64,000 nucleotides of DNA from Spironucleus salmonicida (lineage: Eukaryota). The stretch covers positions 558,001 through 622,000 of the forward strand of contig NC_090602.1 of the NCBI RefSeq assembly GCF_000497125.1. Direction: 5' to 3'. Below the pieces are notes generated by a model that worked only from the letters and a program-made list of their open reading frames with translations, was not told the DNA's origin and did not search any database. Positions within the stretch are counted from its first letter, which is position 1. Every line of letters starts with the position of its first letter. Of this stretch, positions 1 to 12,039 are shown piece by piece. The position numbers and the translations under genes were made by a program.

Positions 1-615
1 TTTACCAAAGACACTGCTTTAACAGCTTAACATTTTATTGTTTAAAATTACTTCAATTTTACTTTTTCGTTCTCTAGAATTACTAGCAACTCCAGCTGCC
101 AAGATCCCATTTCTTTAAACAATTATGACTCTATTCGCTGCAGTCTATTCGTACATTAAAACAACTCTTTCGGTACCATTAGTGATAAAATAACCCCCTG
201 GGTCATAAAAATCTTCACCGTAAGAAAATTGTTCATTAATAGAAGCGTTACTTAAAACACATCGTGAAGATCTTAACATTATTGGAAGTTATCCAATTAA
301 TACTTCTTAAATAATATTTAGCTATTAAGATTTGATTCGGATCTTAGCGAAAATTGGAGCAGAGTATGTTGATTTTCTAAGCCTACATTCTTAAGGAGTC
401 AATGGTCTGTTAGACTCAGTTGGGATTGAGGGTGATTTAACTGATATGTTTTCAAAAGAAATTTAAAGTTTATTTGTTTTTAGTGCTACAATAGAGTGAT
501 TTCTAACAATTTACTTAATTGTAGTATCACAAAATGTATTAAATGAATCTAAATGATGTCTTACAAGTGAATTTTCATTAACATAATTAGTTACTAGCCT
601 AAACTAGTTTTTCAT
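1..615 (-). CDS. RPC2: RNA polymerase III second-largest subunit, N-terminal part (runs off window)
   Basis: With TAR=Gln reads MKNQFRLVTNYVNENSLVRHHLDSFNTF...LTPQECRLRKSTYSAPI...IGQLPIMLRSSRC...DPGGYFITNGTERVVLMYEQ, typical of the Rpb2/Rpc2 family. LVRHHLDSFN and DPGGYF best fit Rpc2. Confidence 0.8.
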
Positions 616-1078
616 TTTTGAAAAGGGATAGGGAGTGGAATATAAAATATATAATTTTATATCTTATAGAAAAATGAGTTGCGAAATAATAAGGGAGTAT
701 GTATCTTTTATTGATAATTATAATCTTTCAAATATTATTTGATATTCATTTTAAACATAAGCAAATAAGATTCAACTATATAATGATATAAATTGATATA
801 ATAAATTTATAAACATATATATATGATTATGTATAATTCACGTTTTAAATTATTGATTGTATATACCTTAACTTATAACCAAATAAACATACGGCTTACT
901 ATTTGAACGGTGACGTTTAACTAATTGCAGATAAATAATCAAAGAAGGACAGTAAAATATTTACATATCACAGTGTTATCATAGTTAATATTCATAATAT
1001 CAAAATATATTTTCATTCTAGACTGCACATAACTATCTCAATTAATATCTTATTCGATTCACTTCTAACTATCCTGCT

Positions 1079-1600
1079 TCATTTAGCTAATCGCAATCTC
1101 TACTTTACAATCTCATCTGCATTTTCCCCAAGTGCTATCTGCAACTCAGCAGAAAGTTTACCCTGCTTAACATCCCGAATTGGTTCAATCCACCCTCCAT
1201 TCCAGCAATCTCCGATTTCGAAAAATTATACTTTTTATATACTAACTTAGTCTATTTATGCAATATTATTTCTGCTATTTATTATATCTCCAAAATCTAA
1301 AATTTATTTTCGCGTTTTTTCGTCGAAAAACGTCTGCGGCTCACGGATAAGCTTCTGTGATAGGAACTTGTCGGGATGCACAAAATTGGTCTTAAGAAGA
1401 ACTGTATTTGGTTTTGAAACGAGTTCGGCATAAAATAGCGGGTCTGGGCCTACTAAATCATGCTGAGTTAGCCGCTGCGGAAAAGAGCATTTTTTCTTCA
1501 AATTTCGTAGCTCAATTGGATCTGCTTTGGTTTCTGTAGTCTTCTGGATCGGCTCTGATGTGCGGCGTAAGAAATTGGTAAAAACATCAGAAAAAGACAT
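1079..1600 (-). CDS. hypothetical protein (173 aa)
   Basis: ORF 1304..1600 reads through TAA/TAG to a TGA at 1079-1081. AAAAATG start context. Confidence 0.6.
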
Positions 1601-1965
1601 TTTTATATATAAAAAATAAATATATAATAAATATTTTTATTTTATATGGACAAGTATTACAAAATAATAAAGTGTCGGCATGGGGAGTGAAGGAGATTAT
1701 TGCATGTTTATGCAATGTAGTGATTAAAGTTATTTAGTTCATGCCTACTACACCTCAATTAAATTCAAGTAATAACTAACTCGGAGCTTCGTGATGTTAA
1801 ATATGGCATTCGTTGAGCTGGGAGTCTATACTGGCAGGTAGGGTATCGTCAAATCCGGGATAAATATGACCAAGTACTGACGTAATGACTTGGTTGTGCA
1901 ATGTTATTAGAAATACTACATTTTGCCTGATGTGATTGTGCATGATTATAATATGTATTGCTAAA

Positions 1966-2169
1966 ATGGACATGGACATCCGCAGGCAATTCCTCCCGGA
2001 AAGGAATGAGGCGAGGGTTCAACACACTAATAACGAAGTGGAGCTATTTCTGATGTAGGGACACGTCGTTGGTCCCAGTAAAGGTGGTGAGCGTGCGAGT
2101 ACTTGCCGCACCTAACTGGGCAGTGGAGGTAAGAAATTATATCAGCAGCTACGCGGACGGCACCTATGA
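1966..2169 (+). CDS. small hypothetical protein (67 aa), IR1 copy 1
   Basis: AAAATG start, open to TGA, followed by CAGTGA. Converges on Kae1. Confidence 0.35.
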
Positions 2170-2187
2170 CTCCAGTGAAGAAAAACG

Positions 2188-3225
2188 TCACCACTTTATC
2201 TCCACCGAATCGGTCCTCCATCTCTGCACTACATCAGCGGCGGCAACATCCACACGCCCAACACCGTTCGTCTCCTGCAGGTACCCTACAAGGCCAATCA
2301 TAGCCCCATTATCTATGCAATATCGCTCATCCATGCCACCGATTGACCCACCCCTCTCCTGACACATGATGGCAAGCATCTCTTGGAGACGCTCGTTGCA
2401 CCCAACGCCACCAACACAGAGGACGTTCTAGCTACGGAGGTGAGCACAGACGCGCTCCGTAATTTCAACAAGCGCAGCAAAAAGATTTTCCTGTAAAGAA
2501 TAGCAGAAGTACTGTACCAACTCCTCTTGGCTGGTGATGAATTCTGGCCACGCCATACTTAACTTTTCGAAGTGAGTACGCATATAGGAATTGATCCCAG
2601 AGCAGGATACATCCATACCTTTGATCGGTATAGGAACATCTAGAATGTGCTATTTGTGCGCAAACTTTCTAGCCAGCAGCTCGATGTTCAACCCAGGGGC
2701 TGGGTCGTTACTAATTCCAAGATCTCTTGCCACACGGTCCAGACAGTTACCTACTGCTACGTCGATAGCTTCACCAAAAATTCGATAGCGACCGTTTTCG
2801 AGTCCCAGCACCTGTGTGTTTCCCCCACTCGCATAAAGGACTACCGCACGATTCACTCCTAATACATGGCGACCCATTTCGGCATGCGCTACACAGTGGT
2901 TCACTGCCTATATGGGGATACCAAACCGCACAGCTAGTGTTTTTGCAACCAACAATACCGCAGCAAGAGGCCCTCCAAGGCCAGGACCGCGAGTATATGC
3001 GATTATGTTGATCTCAGTCATACGAACATGGGCAATGTGGAGGGCTTCGCGCAGCAGAGCAAGGATATGGCTACGGTGATGTTGTGTGACTTCTGGTGGA
3101 CGGAACCCAGACCCAGTAGGAGCTACGAATGTATGGCGAACGTTTGAAAGAATAATGTCGTCGCATAGGACAGCGACCCCGAGCTTATTGGCAGAGCCTT
3201 CTAGACCAAGCGTGTAGATCGGCAT
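2188..3225 (-). CDS. KAE1: tRNA N6-adenosine threonylcarbamoyltransferase Kae1/OSGEP (345 aa), copy 1
   Basis: [21 protein letters not shown] metal-binding motif, [39 protein letters not shown]. Four track ORFs join in frame across three TAG codons. Confidence 0.95.
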
Positions 3226-3242
3226 TCGGAGTGGTAAAGGGA

Positions 3243-3818
3243 TCACTCGTTCTTGGTATCGGATTACGCTTGAATCTGCGCTTTTACATCTCGAATTGTG
3301 ATGAGCCGCTTAGCTCCAAAGTAGCTCACCATGCCAAGAACACCCCATATTACTTCTAGAGACAGGAAGATAATGAGAGCCGCTTACCAGTCTGGTATAG
3401 CATGGCTATTACCTACTCCGTAGCAATGTGCACCAATTTGTTAAGACCCAGGAAGACAACTGTCACAACTGCCGTCTTCATTAAGTTAAAATCCCTGCAG
3501 ACAAGAAAAACACGTTGCTGGAGAACTGCATATCGCACAGTTTTTGGCAATTCCACAACTACAGGGCGTGTTCATCCCACTTAAGGGAGAACATATTTCC
3601 GCTTTCCCATTATTACAAAAGTGCATGATCTACAGGGAGTCACATGCTTTGGCACAGCGCCCATTGGTCTGCCACACAAATCCTTCTGCACATACTTCAC
3701 AAATATCTGTAGAAATGCAGGAGGTACAGTTTTCAGAGCAGGGCGTACATACCTATGCTCCGGATTCAGGGCAGTAGGAGAAATTAGGGCAGGGAGAATC
3801 AGAGGAGCAGGCGGCCAT
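3243..3818 (-). CDS. short cysteine-rich membrane protein (CXXC, 191 aa), copy 1
   Basis: Mirror of 7334..7909. Confidence 0.85.
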
Positions 3819-4015
3819 TTCGGTATTGCTGCATTCCTAGTATAATATTTCCTTAAATACTACTATGAAAGCAATAGAATTCTACTGATAAAAATATTAA
3901 CAATAAATACTAGTATTATATATTATATTATATAATTTCTCGCGTTAAAAAAGACTTAGATAATAAATTTTCCTTAAATAATAATTAATTATTTATATTC
4001 TATTAATTTATCAAA

Positions 4016-4396
4016 ATGCTACTTTTCCTATACTTCGAGTTTAGAGTTGAAATTTTAGAAAAAGGAGACGGAATTACGTATGCATCGGAAGAGGATAGGG
4101 TGACATACCATTATACTTCATTTATGGAAAATGGTACGTAATTTGCTTCTTCCCATGACTATAAGATTCCATCGGAAACAGATATAGGGTGTCCATTGAC
4201 AATATAAGGACTAAATATTGGTCTTACGAAAGTGTCTTTAAACGAAAAGGCACGTATATACATTCCATGGAATATGGCTTATGGTGATAAACATGTTGGT
4301 GTTTTAGTACCATAAAGTAATATTTATATCGATGTAGAGATTAAGAAAATTGAATTCGGTTCAGAGAATGATGCTAATCAATATTCTGAGCTCTGA
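4016..4396 (+). CDS. FKBP-type peptidyl-prolyl isomerase, probably ER-luminal (126 aa)
   Basis: VEILEKGDG..VTYHYT..NGTQFASSHD..IQGLNIGL..EKARIYIPWNMAYG..PQSNIYIDVEI. Hydrophobic N-terminus and C-terminal YSEL (KDEL-like). Confidence 0.85.
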
Positions 4397-4467
4397 CATG
4401 ATATTTATAAACATGTTAATGATTTTCATAATTATTTTAATTAAAATATTATTTAATATTAATAAAT

Positions 4468-4531
4468 TTTGAGATTCTAATATATATTAATCTAATATAA
4501 TTAAAAAATTCATATATATTAGAATCTCAAA
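4468..4531. repeat. 20-bp perfect inverted repeat with 24-nt loop
   Basis: TTTGAGATTCTAATATATAT (4468-4487) and ATATATATTAGAATCTCAAA (4512-4531). Confidence 0.85.
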
Positions 4532-4537
4532 TACAAA

Positions 4538-4786
4538 ATGTAAGCAGATAGTTTACTATCAATTTCGAAACTACTAAACAAAAATGCATTAGATGGATCT
4601 GGACACACTAGTCATCAATGTTCAATATAACTATTAAAATAACTCAATTAAACTAAAAAATAGTAATAATTTTAAAAATCATTATATTAAGCTGAATCGT
4701 AATTTGATCAGTTAATGAGCAAGATTTCAAATGTGATTGAAAGATAGGAGATAACTCTTAAAATAATATAAAAACTAAAATAGTGA
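4538..4786 (+). CDS. small hypothetical coiled-coil protein (82 aa)
   Basis: AAAATG start, ends TAGTGA. Confidence 0.5.
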
Positions 4787-4811
4787 GCTATTTATTGTGA
4801 TTTTATTCGCA

Positions 4812-5306
4812 TCAATCGCTTCTTTTCTTAGCAAAGCTTACACGTTCGGGAAGTGCTGTTTCTTGCTCTGTCTTTTTCTTCATAAATGATACTCTTTCTG
4901 GTTACTGAACTTCATTCTCATCATTTTGTTTTTTCTAAGTCTTTAAGCAGATTCTGTCTTAATTACATTAATTAGGTTATTAGTTTCCAAAGAAATTTGA
5001 AGCATTCGATGACGATTATTGATGTTTGTTAGCATTTGCAGTTTCCTAAGCATCTTAATCTTGTTGTTACAGATGCTATTCTTAGGAGTTGCAATTTTCT
5101 TATTAAAATTGAGTATTCTTTCTACCATAATCTGTAGGTGCATTGTTAAAGTTAAATGTATCATCGGATCTATTTTTTGATGGTACATTAAATTAAACTT
5201 CATGAGACTATTACTAACTATCTATTTTATGATAGTCAGAAGAACGATTTCCGGTATCGATTTCTGAGTTTTAGTTGGTTTTACGGAGTGATGCACGATC
5301 CTACAT
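4812..5306 (-). CDS. Gln/Asn-rich low-complexity hypothetical protein (about 164 aa)
   Basis: AAAAATG start MQDRASLRKTNQNSEIDTG. Hydrophilic frame open to a TGA at 4812-4814. Confidence 0.45.
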
Positions 5307-6211
5307 TTTTAAGGAATGTTAGAATTTGAATTTCTATGAATATAATGACAAATGGTAATATTATATTGTATATTAATACCACTAAAATTATATAAAATTT
5401 TCGGAACTAGTTTTCTAATAAAATTTATTCAAATTAGATTTAAATCTATTATGTACAACCTAAACTAATATATAAGTTAATTCCTCTACTTGTCAGATAC
5501 TTTTATTCTAAGAAAATGTTATTATAAATTTCGTAAACAATAAGTTTAGTTATAGCTAATTTTAGTCCACAGATCTTTAATAATAAATAATTCATGATGT
5601 ATTTAATATATATAAAAATTTAAATTTAGTGTATCTACTATGGAAATTAAATTAGTATCTTCTATTTTACGTTAATCAAGATTCGTAAATAGAAGCAATA
5701 TAGATAAACAGAAGTATGATTAAGCATAATATACATTAAAATACTACTTAGAAAGTTACTTAAATCCATAAAATTTACTAATATTGAAACAATTATTATC
5801 TTCATACTATTAATATTTCTGATTTATAACTTTCTAATTCAGTTAAATAGCTTAGTCTTAAAGTTAAATAAAGTATACAGTATATTTCGATTTAGTATAT
5901 TATACACACTGATCTCTACTTTAACCTCAAATACTTGTTCTATGTTTATATTTTTATAGATCAGCTAAAAAATACTAAAGGCTTTTAACCTAATATAATA
6001 TTAAGATAATCTAAATGAAACAAACTAAACTTATAAGCAACTAACTCAACTATCAAACTAATATCAATTAAATAATATTACTCATTCTAATAGTAATAAT
6101 AGTTATTTATTATAATATTATAAGTGAATATCTAATATATATTTTCTACATATTTTGTTAAATCACGAAACTATAAACATAACGCTAACATTAAATTATT
6201 AAATCTCATAA

Positions 6212-7186
6212 ATGCTCTATTTAGTCTTTTAATCAATAGATGATAATATTCCATTTATTGCTAACCGTACAGGGGCACCAGCACTTATGGATTTTGAATA
6301 GATATTTCGTCTATTTGATACTAATATCTAAGACGTTGATGTCTATCAATTGACATATAATGTTCCAATGTCAGGTGGCGCGCTGAACGAGTTTTTATCA
6401 CATCCTAATCATGACATACCAGTAAAATTTGAGATGATATCTAACATGATACGGTTATCATTTAATAAAGGTACAACAGTACATTAAGTTGAATATTTCG
6501 GAACCTCTTTACGCTCCAAAGTAAGTAATATTAGTGCTCCACCATTCAATGTTCTTATCTACTATCGTATTAATGATGCAAATTGGAATACATGGGAGAC
6601 TGAAAGCGTTAGATTGACGAATTTACATCGTACTGCCAACAATTTGCCGGTACTAGCCTTTTCAAAAAAAGCAAGTTGGATATCTAGGCTTAAAGCTATT
6701 GATATGGCTGCAAACAGCTATTTTGATCACAATTCACCATATTATGGTAATCCTTCTCAACTTATAAGAACATTTGGTACTCCTAATGTTAATTATGGTG
6801 AAATATTAGTTAAGGGAGGAATGGCTTTTACTCCATAAAGTGCATTTATGGTTTGGAAGAATTCACCTGTTCATAATAAAATTATGTTAAATTCTGATCT
6901 TTTTAATATTTTAGGTGCAGGTTGTGTCTTATAGACTGATCAAGGAACATATTGGGTGTAGGAATTTAATAAGTATTATGATGGTCTAGAAGATTCGTTT
7001 AACTATGGAAATGACTTAAAACTATAACCATCTTATGAAAATGAGAATGCTATTGTCAAAACTAACATGCCTATTATTGTAGGCATAGTTATCGCAATTG
7101 TAGTGGTTTTAATTGGTATTGGTTGTATTACTGCTATTGTTGTTATTAAAAAGAGAAATGAAGTAGCTGTGCAATAAATTAAATGA
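6212..7186 (+). CDS. CAP/SCP-domain membrane protein, bacterial YkwD-like (324 aa)
   Basis: VRLTNLHR..NNLPVL..SRLKAIDMAANSYFDHNSPYYGNP..GEIL..WKNSPVHNKIML..GAGC..YWVQEF. C-terminal TM followed by KKR. Confidence 0.85.
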
Positions 7187-7333
7187 GGTTGGTTATAATT
7201 TAGTTTTTTTAATAAATTATTTCATAACATTTAAAACAAAATATTATATTCTAATGATATAATAATATCTATTCATTAAATATTAATAGTAGTATTTAAG
7301 GAAATATTATACTATGAATGCAGCAATACCGAA

Positions 7334-7909
7334 ATGGCCGCCTGCTCCTCTGATTCTCCCTGCCCTAATTTCTCCTACTGCCCTGAATCCGGAGCATAGG
7401 TATGTACGCCCTGCTCTGAAAACTGTACCTCCTGCATTTCTACAGATATTTGTGAAGTATGTGCAGAAGGATTTGTGTGGCAGACCAATGGGCGCTGTGC
7501 CAAAGCATGTGACTCCCTGTAGATCATGCACTTTTGTAATAATGGGAAAGCGGAAATATGTTCTCCCTTAAGTGGGATGAACACGCCCTGTAGTTGTGGA
7601 ATTGCCAAAAACTGTGCGATATGCAGTTCTCCAGCAACGTGTTTTTCTTGTCTGCAGGGATTTTAACTTAATGAAGACGGCAGTTGTGACAGTTGTCTTC
7701 CTGGGTCTTAACAAATTGGTGCACATTGCTACGGAGTAGGTAATAGCCATGCTATACCAGACTGGTAAGCGGCTCTCATTATCTTCCTGTCTCTAGAAGT
7801 AATATGGGGTGTTCTTGGCATGGTGAGCTACTTTGGAGCTAAGCGGCTCATCACAATTCGAGATGTAAAAGCGCAGATTCAAGCGTAATCCGATACCAAG
7901 AACGAGTGA
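7334..7909 (+). CDS. short cysteine-rich membrane protein (CXXC, 191 aa), copy 2
   Basis: MAACSSDSPCPNFSYCP..CTPCSENCTSC..CEVC..NCAIC..CFSCLQGFQLNEDGSCDSC.., then TM AALIIFLSLEVIWGVLGMVSYF. Ends GAGTGA. Confidence 0.85.
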
Positions 7910-7926
7910 TCCCTTTACCACTCCGA

Positions 7927-8964
7927 ATGCCGATCTACACGCTTGGTCTAGAAGGCTCTGCCAATAAGCTCGGGGTCGCTGTCCTATGCGACGACATTAT
8001 TCTTTCAAACGTTCGCCATACATTCGTAGCTCCTACTGGGTCTGGGTTCCGTCCACCAGAAGTCACACAACATCACCGTAGCCATATCCTTGCTCTGCTG
8101 CGCGAAGCCCTCCACATTGCCCATGTTCGTATGGCTGAGATCAACATAATCGCATATACTCGCGGTCCTGGCCTTGGAGGGCCTCTTGCTGCGGTATTGT
8201 TGGTTGCAAAAACACTAGCTGTGCGGTTTGGTATCCCCATATAGGCAGTGAACCACTGTGTAGCGCATGCCGAAATGGGTCGCCATGTATTAGGAGTGAA
8301 TCGTGCGGTAGTCCTTTATGCGAGTGGGGGAAACACACAGGTGCTGGGACTCGAAAACGGTCGCTATCGAATTTTTGGTGAAGCTATCGACGTAGCAGTA
8401 GGTAACTGTCTGGACCGTGTGGCAAGAGATCTTGGAATTAGTAACGACCCAGCCCCTGGGTTGAACATCGAGCTGCTGGCTAGAAAGTTTGCGCACAAAT
8501 AGCACATTCTAGATGTTCCTATACCGATCAAAGGTATGGATGTATCCTGCTCTGGGATCAATTCCTATATGCGTACTCACTTCGAAAAGTTAAGTATGGC
8601 GTGGCCAGAATTCATCACCAGCCAAGAGGAGTTGGTACAGTACTTCTGCTATTCTTTACAGGAAAATCTTTTTGCTGCGCTTGTTGAAATTACGGAGCGC
8701 GTCTGTGCTCACCTCCGTAGCTAGAACGTCCTCTGTGTTGGTGGCGTTGGGTGCAACGAGCGTCTCCAAGAGATGCTTGCCATCATGTGTCAGGAGAGGG
8801 GTGGGTCAATCGGTGGCATGGATGAGCGATATTGCATAGATAATGGGGCTATGATTGGCCTTGTAGGGTACCTGCAGGAGACGAACGGTGTTGGGCGTGT
8901 GGATGTTGCCGCCGCTGATGTAGTGCAGAGATGGAGGACCGATTCGGTGGAGATAAAGTGGTGA
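7927..8964 (+). CDS. KAE1: tRNA N6-adenosine threonylcarbamoyltransferase Kae1/OSGEP (345 aa), copy 2
   Basis: As copy 1, with in-frame TAG at 8242, 8500 and 8722 and one Thr/Ala difference. Confidence 0.95.
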
Positions 8965-8982
8965 CGTTTTTCTTCACTGGAG

Positions 8983-9186
8983 TCATAGGTGCCGTCCGCG
9001 TAGCTGCTGATATAATTTCTTACCTCCACTGCCCAGTTAGGTGCGGCAAGTACTCGCACGCTCACCACCTTTACTGGGACCAACGACGTGTCCCTACATC
9101 AGAAATAGCTCCACTTCGTTATTAGTGTGTTGAACCCTCGCCTCATTCCTTTCCGGGAGGAATTGCCTGCGGATGTCCATGTCCAT
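8983..9186 (-). CDS. small hypothetical protein (67 aa), IR1 copy 2
   Basis: Mirror of 1966..2169. Confidence 0.35.
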
Positions 9187-9362
9187 TTTAGCAATACATA
9201 TTATAATCATGCACAATCCCCGGGCAAAATACTCTTAGAATATTTTGCATCATAGATATTAATTCAGTTTAAAGAACTCCCATCATATTTAATTATTTTT
9301 TAACAGTTATATATTATTATACAAAATAAAAGATAATAATTGATTAGAATTTTTAATATATT

Positions 9363-10802
9363 ATGAACGACGCAATCTAGATTAAAGAATATGCAAAAGA
9401 GTTAAATATTTCGTATTAACCTCCTCCTCTATAAATTATTAATGATGAAGTACTTCTTAAAATTAACCAATTTATATTATAAAATACAATCCCAGTGGAA
9501 ACATACAATTTATCGCTTAAAAAATTGGATTTATACAATTAGCTATAAAAACATTAAATTTTACTCAAATATTAATCACCAGCATAATTAGAACTAGCAA
9601 TTCAATAGCTTAAGTAAGAAATTCTGAAAAATAACTCTAAAGAAAATACACACTTAACCTCTAAGCTTTATTAATATAATAGAGAAATTAATAAACCTTT
9701 AAAGCAAATATCACTTTACGATGCGGAAAAAGCAATTTCTTTAAACGCATATTATTAAAATATTACGTCATTTATTGACAGATTCAATATCACAACTACG
9801 AACTCAATTACCTAACTTATGGATATTCAAGCTAAAATGGACAATTTCGAGCCAAAAATTTTCAAAGTTATACAAAGTGATATAGGGGATATAAAAATCA
9901 TTAATTATGACTAGAGAGCACAGGAATTAAAAACGCGTTTTCAGGCTTCCTACGAAAAGCACTCAAAATTGCTTGCAGAGAACCAAAACTTGGCAAAAAA
10001 ACTCGATTTTCACTCATAAACGTCTCACGACATTCTCAATTATGACATAAAAATCAACCAGTTAAACGTTTCCCTTTTTGACAAGATGCAACTTTTCCAA
10101 CAAATAAGTCTCCTAGAGCGCCTGAACTAAGGCCTCAGGAATGCAAATTTCTTCATCGAAAACGAAATTTTGCTTCTTTCTGATTCGTTCAAAATCAACG
10201 AAATTTACTTAGAAACCTTAATCGAAAATGCCCAAAACAATGCTGTTCTGAAAACCAAAAATGATGACATTTTTCACGTCGCTAAATCGCTAATTTCACA
10301 GATTTTTAACTTCTCAAAAGCGGCGCAGACGCACCTGAACCAGCTCCAGGGCGTCGCGTACTCCCAAATAGCAAAGCAAAAGGTCGGAAATGACCTGCTC
10401 TAAAGCGACTTTTTGGAGACCGGAAAGACCTATCTGGGACTCGAAAAAATAGACTTTCGGGGGCTGCGCGTCCTTAGCGGTAGCTCGTTCGTCTACGGCG
10501 GTGATATTCCGTAAATTTTGGATGTTTAGGGGTCATATTTTCAGTATACAGGGCAGTGGGATCGATTTTTAGGTAGAAATAACCTCGAAAATGGTCTTTT
10601 TGGCCTGTATGAAAAGCTGGCGTAAGATGGGGCCGAAATGACGCGGAACAGAGAATTAAACATTTTGAAAATGCTTCATTAGGGTGAATTGGAGGTCTAG
10701 TTAAAGCTATAGAATACCGAAATTTACTATGCTGAGACGATGAATATTGAGCTGGACGACATAATTATGCAATGCCAGCAGGCTAAAAGAACGATAGAAT
10801 GA
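9363..10802 (+). CDS. hypothetical helical/coiled-coil protein (479 aa)
   Basis: 1440-nt frame with no TGA, containing track ORF 10170..10403. Ends TGAGTGA. Confidence 0.75.
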
Positions 10803-10850
10803 GTGATTTATGCCAGTTGATAGGCTTATTTTTGTGCAATATGGAATTAA

Positions 10851-11990
10851 CTAGAGTGGGTCCTGCGCAACCCGGCGCTGGTGGAGGTGCAGAGCACGAG
10901 CCGCAGCGGGGGAGCCAGGATAATGTCGTTCTCGTATCTGGTTCTCGAGCTCTGCCAGGGCGTGGAGAACCCGCAGATCGCGCGGCTCACGGGTCGGCTG
11001 TGCGAGCGCGACGTCGGGATGTGCCTGGAGGCGTGGTACGGCATCGACAACGCCTACTACTTCGCTAACAATGGGAAGGTGAACGCGTTCCTGGGGCAGT
11101 TGTTGCAGGCCAACAGCGACATGGCTGACCTACTTCTGGTAATGAAGGGGGTGTACCGGCGGGAGCTTACCAGCCCGGCCCAGACGCGGCTCGCGACTAC
11201 GCATCTGGGAAGCGTGAAGCGGAAGTACCTGGCGAGCGTGGTGAACAACCGCAGCAGCCTGGAGCAGGCGCTGTACCGGTGCTACTATGGTTCCGATGTA
11301 AATATGTCAGTGTATCAGACGTGTGTGGGGCTAGACGGCTTCCTACAGAGCCTCCGCGGTGAATATCAGCGTGCGGCGATGCTGTTTTCGCCCTACAACG
11401 ATACACTAGCGGAGAAGACGGAAGCGCGGCTCGAGAAAAGCATTGAGTGGATGAACAACTTCGCGTTCGACATGGCTATTCGATTTAAGGACAACGTTTT
11501 TGCGCAGCTGGTGAATCTTGGAGTTAGCACCGAGGTCCCAACGATCAAAGCTGACCTAACCGAAGCGCTGAAAATGTTTCCCAATGACGATATTGACGCG
11601 CTAACTTAGTAGCAGAAGGTGAACCTCCTGCGCAAGATCCAGGGGTACGCCAAGGCAACAAATTTCTAGATAAAGATGAATGGTAAGGCCAGAACGAAGA
11701 CCCTGCCTGAACAGGACACCCCAGTTCGTCCCATTTTTGACTACGATTTGCTGCAAGTATTTGAACCCTAGCCGATGGTAGAGGCGATGACGTTGGGATA
11801 TCTATTTCTTGCTAGGAACAAGTGGAATATCCTAGCAGCACTGGTCCTTGCAGCCGCCCTATTTGCATCTGACCGTATACTCTTACAGTGGGCCGATACA
11901 GAGAGCCCAGAGGTAATAGACGACGAGGAAGATATCTTGGCAGCACTGGACGACCTTCAAGGCGGCTTTGCTGGCGATGTCGGAAAGTGA
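10851..11990 (+). pseudogene. 5'-truncated duplicate of the Sel1-like gene (last 379 codons; first in-frame ATG at 10923)
   Basis: Matches the 3' end of 19433..22330. An in-frame TGA lies upstream at 10818 and there is no leader peptide. Confidence 0.75.
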
Positions 11991-12039
11991 CAAGTTCCTA
12001 ATATATATATATACTATTTACACAATTTTTGAAAAATTA

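Larger units (their letters stand above)
1934..3866. repeat. Inverted repeat IR1, left arm (1933 bp)
   Basis: Reverse complement of 7286..9218 (coordinate sum 11152). Two mismatches seen: 3018/8134 and about 3837/7315. Confidence 0.95.
7286..9218. repeat. Inverted repeat IR1, right arm
   Basis: Reverse complement of 1934..3866. Confidence 0.95.

Noticed and set aside
2188-8964. Kae1 (and the ABC transporter, CFAP91 etc.) as pseudogenes with nonsense codons
   Set aside because: All breaks are in-frame TAA/TAG, several at conserved Gln positions, so they reflect the alternative genetic code.
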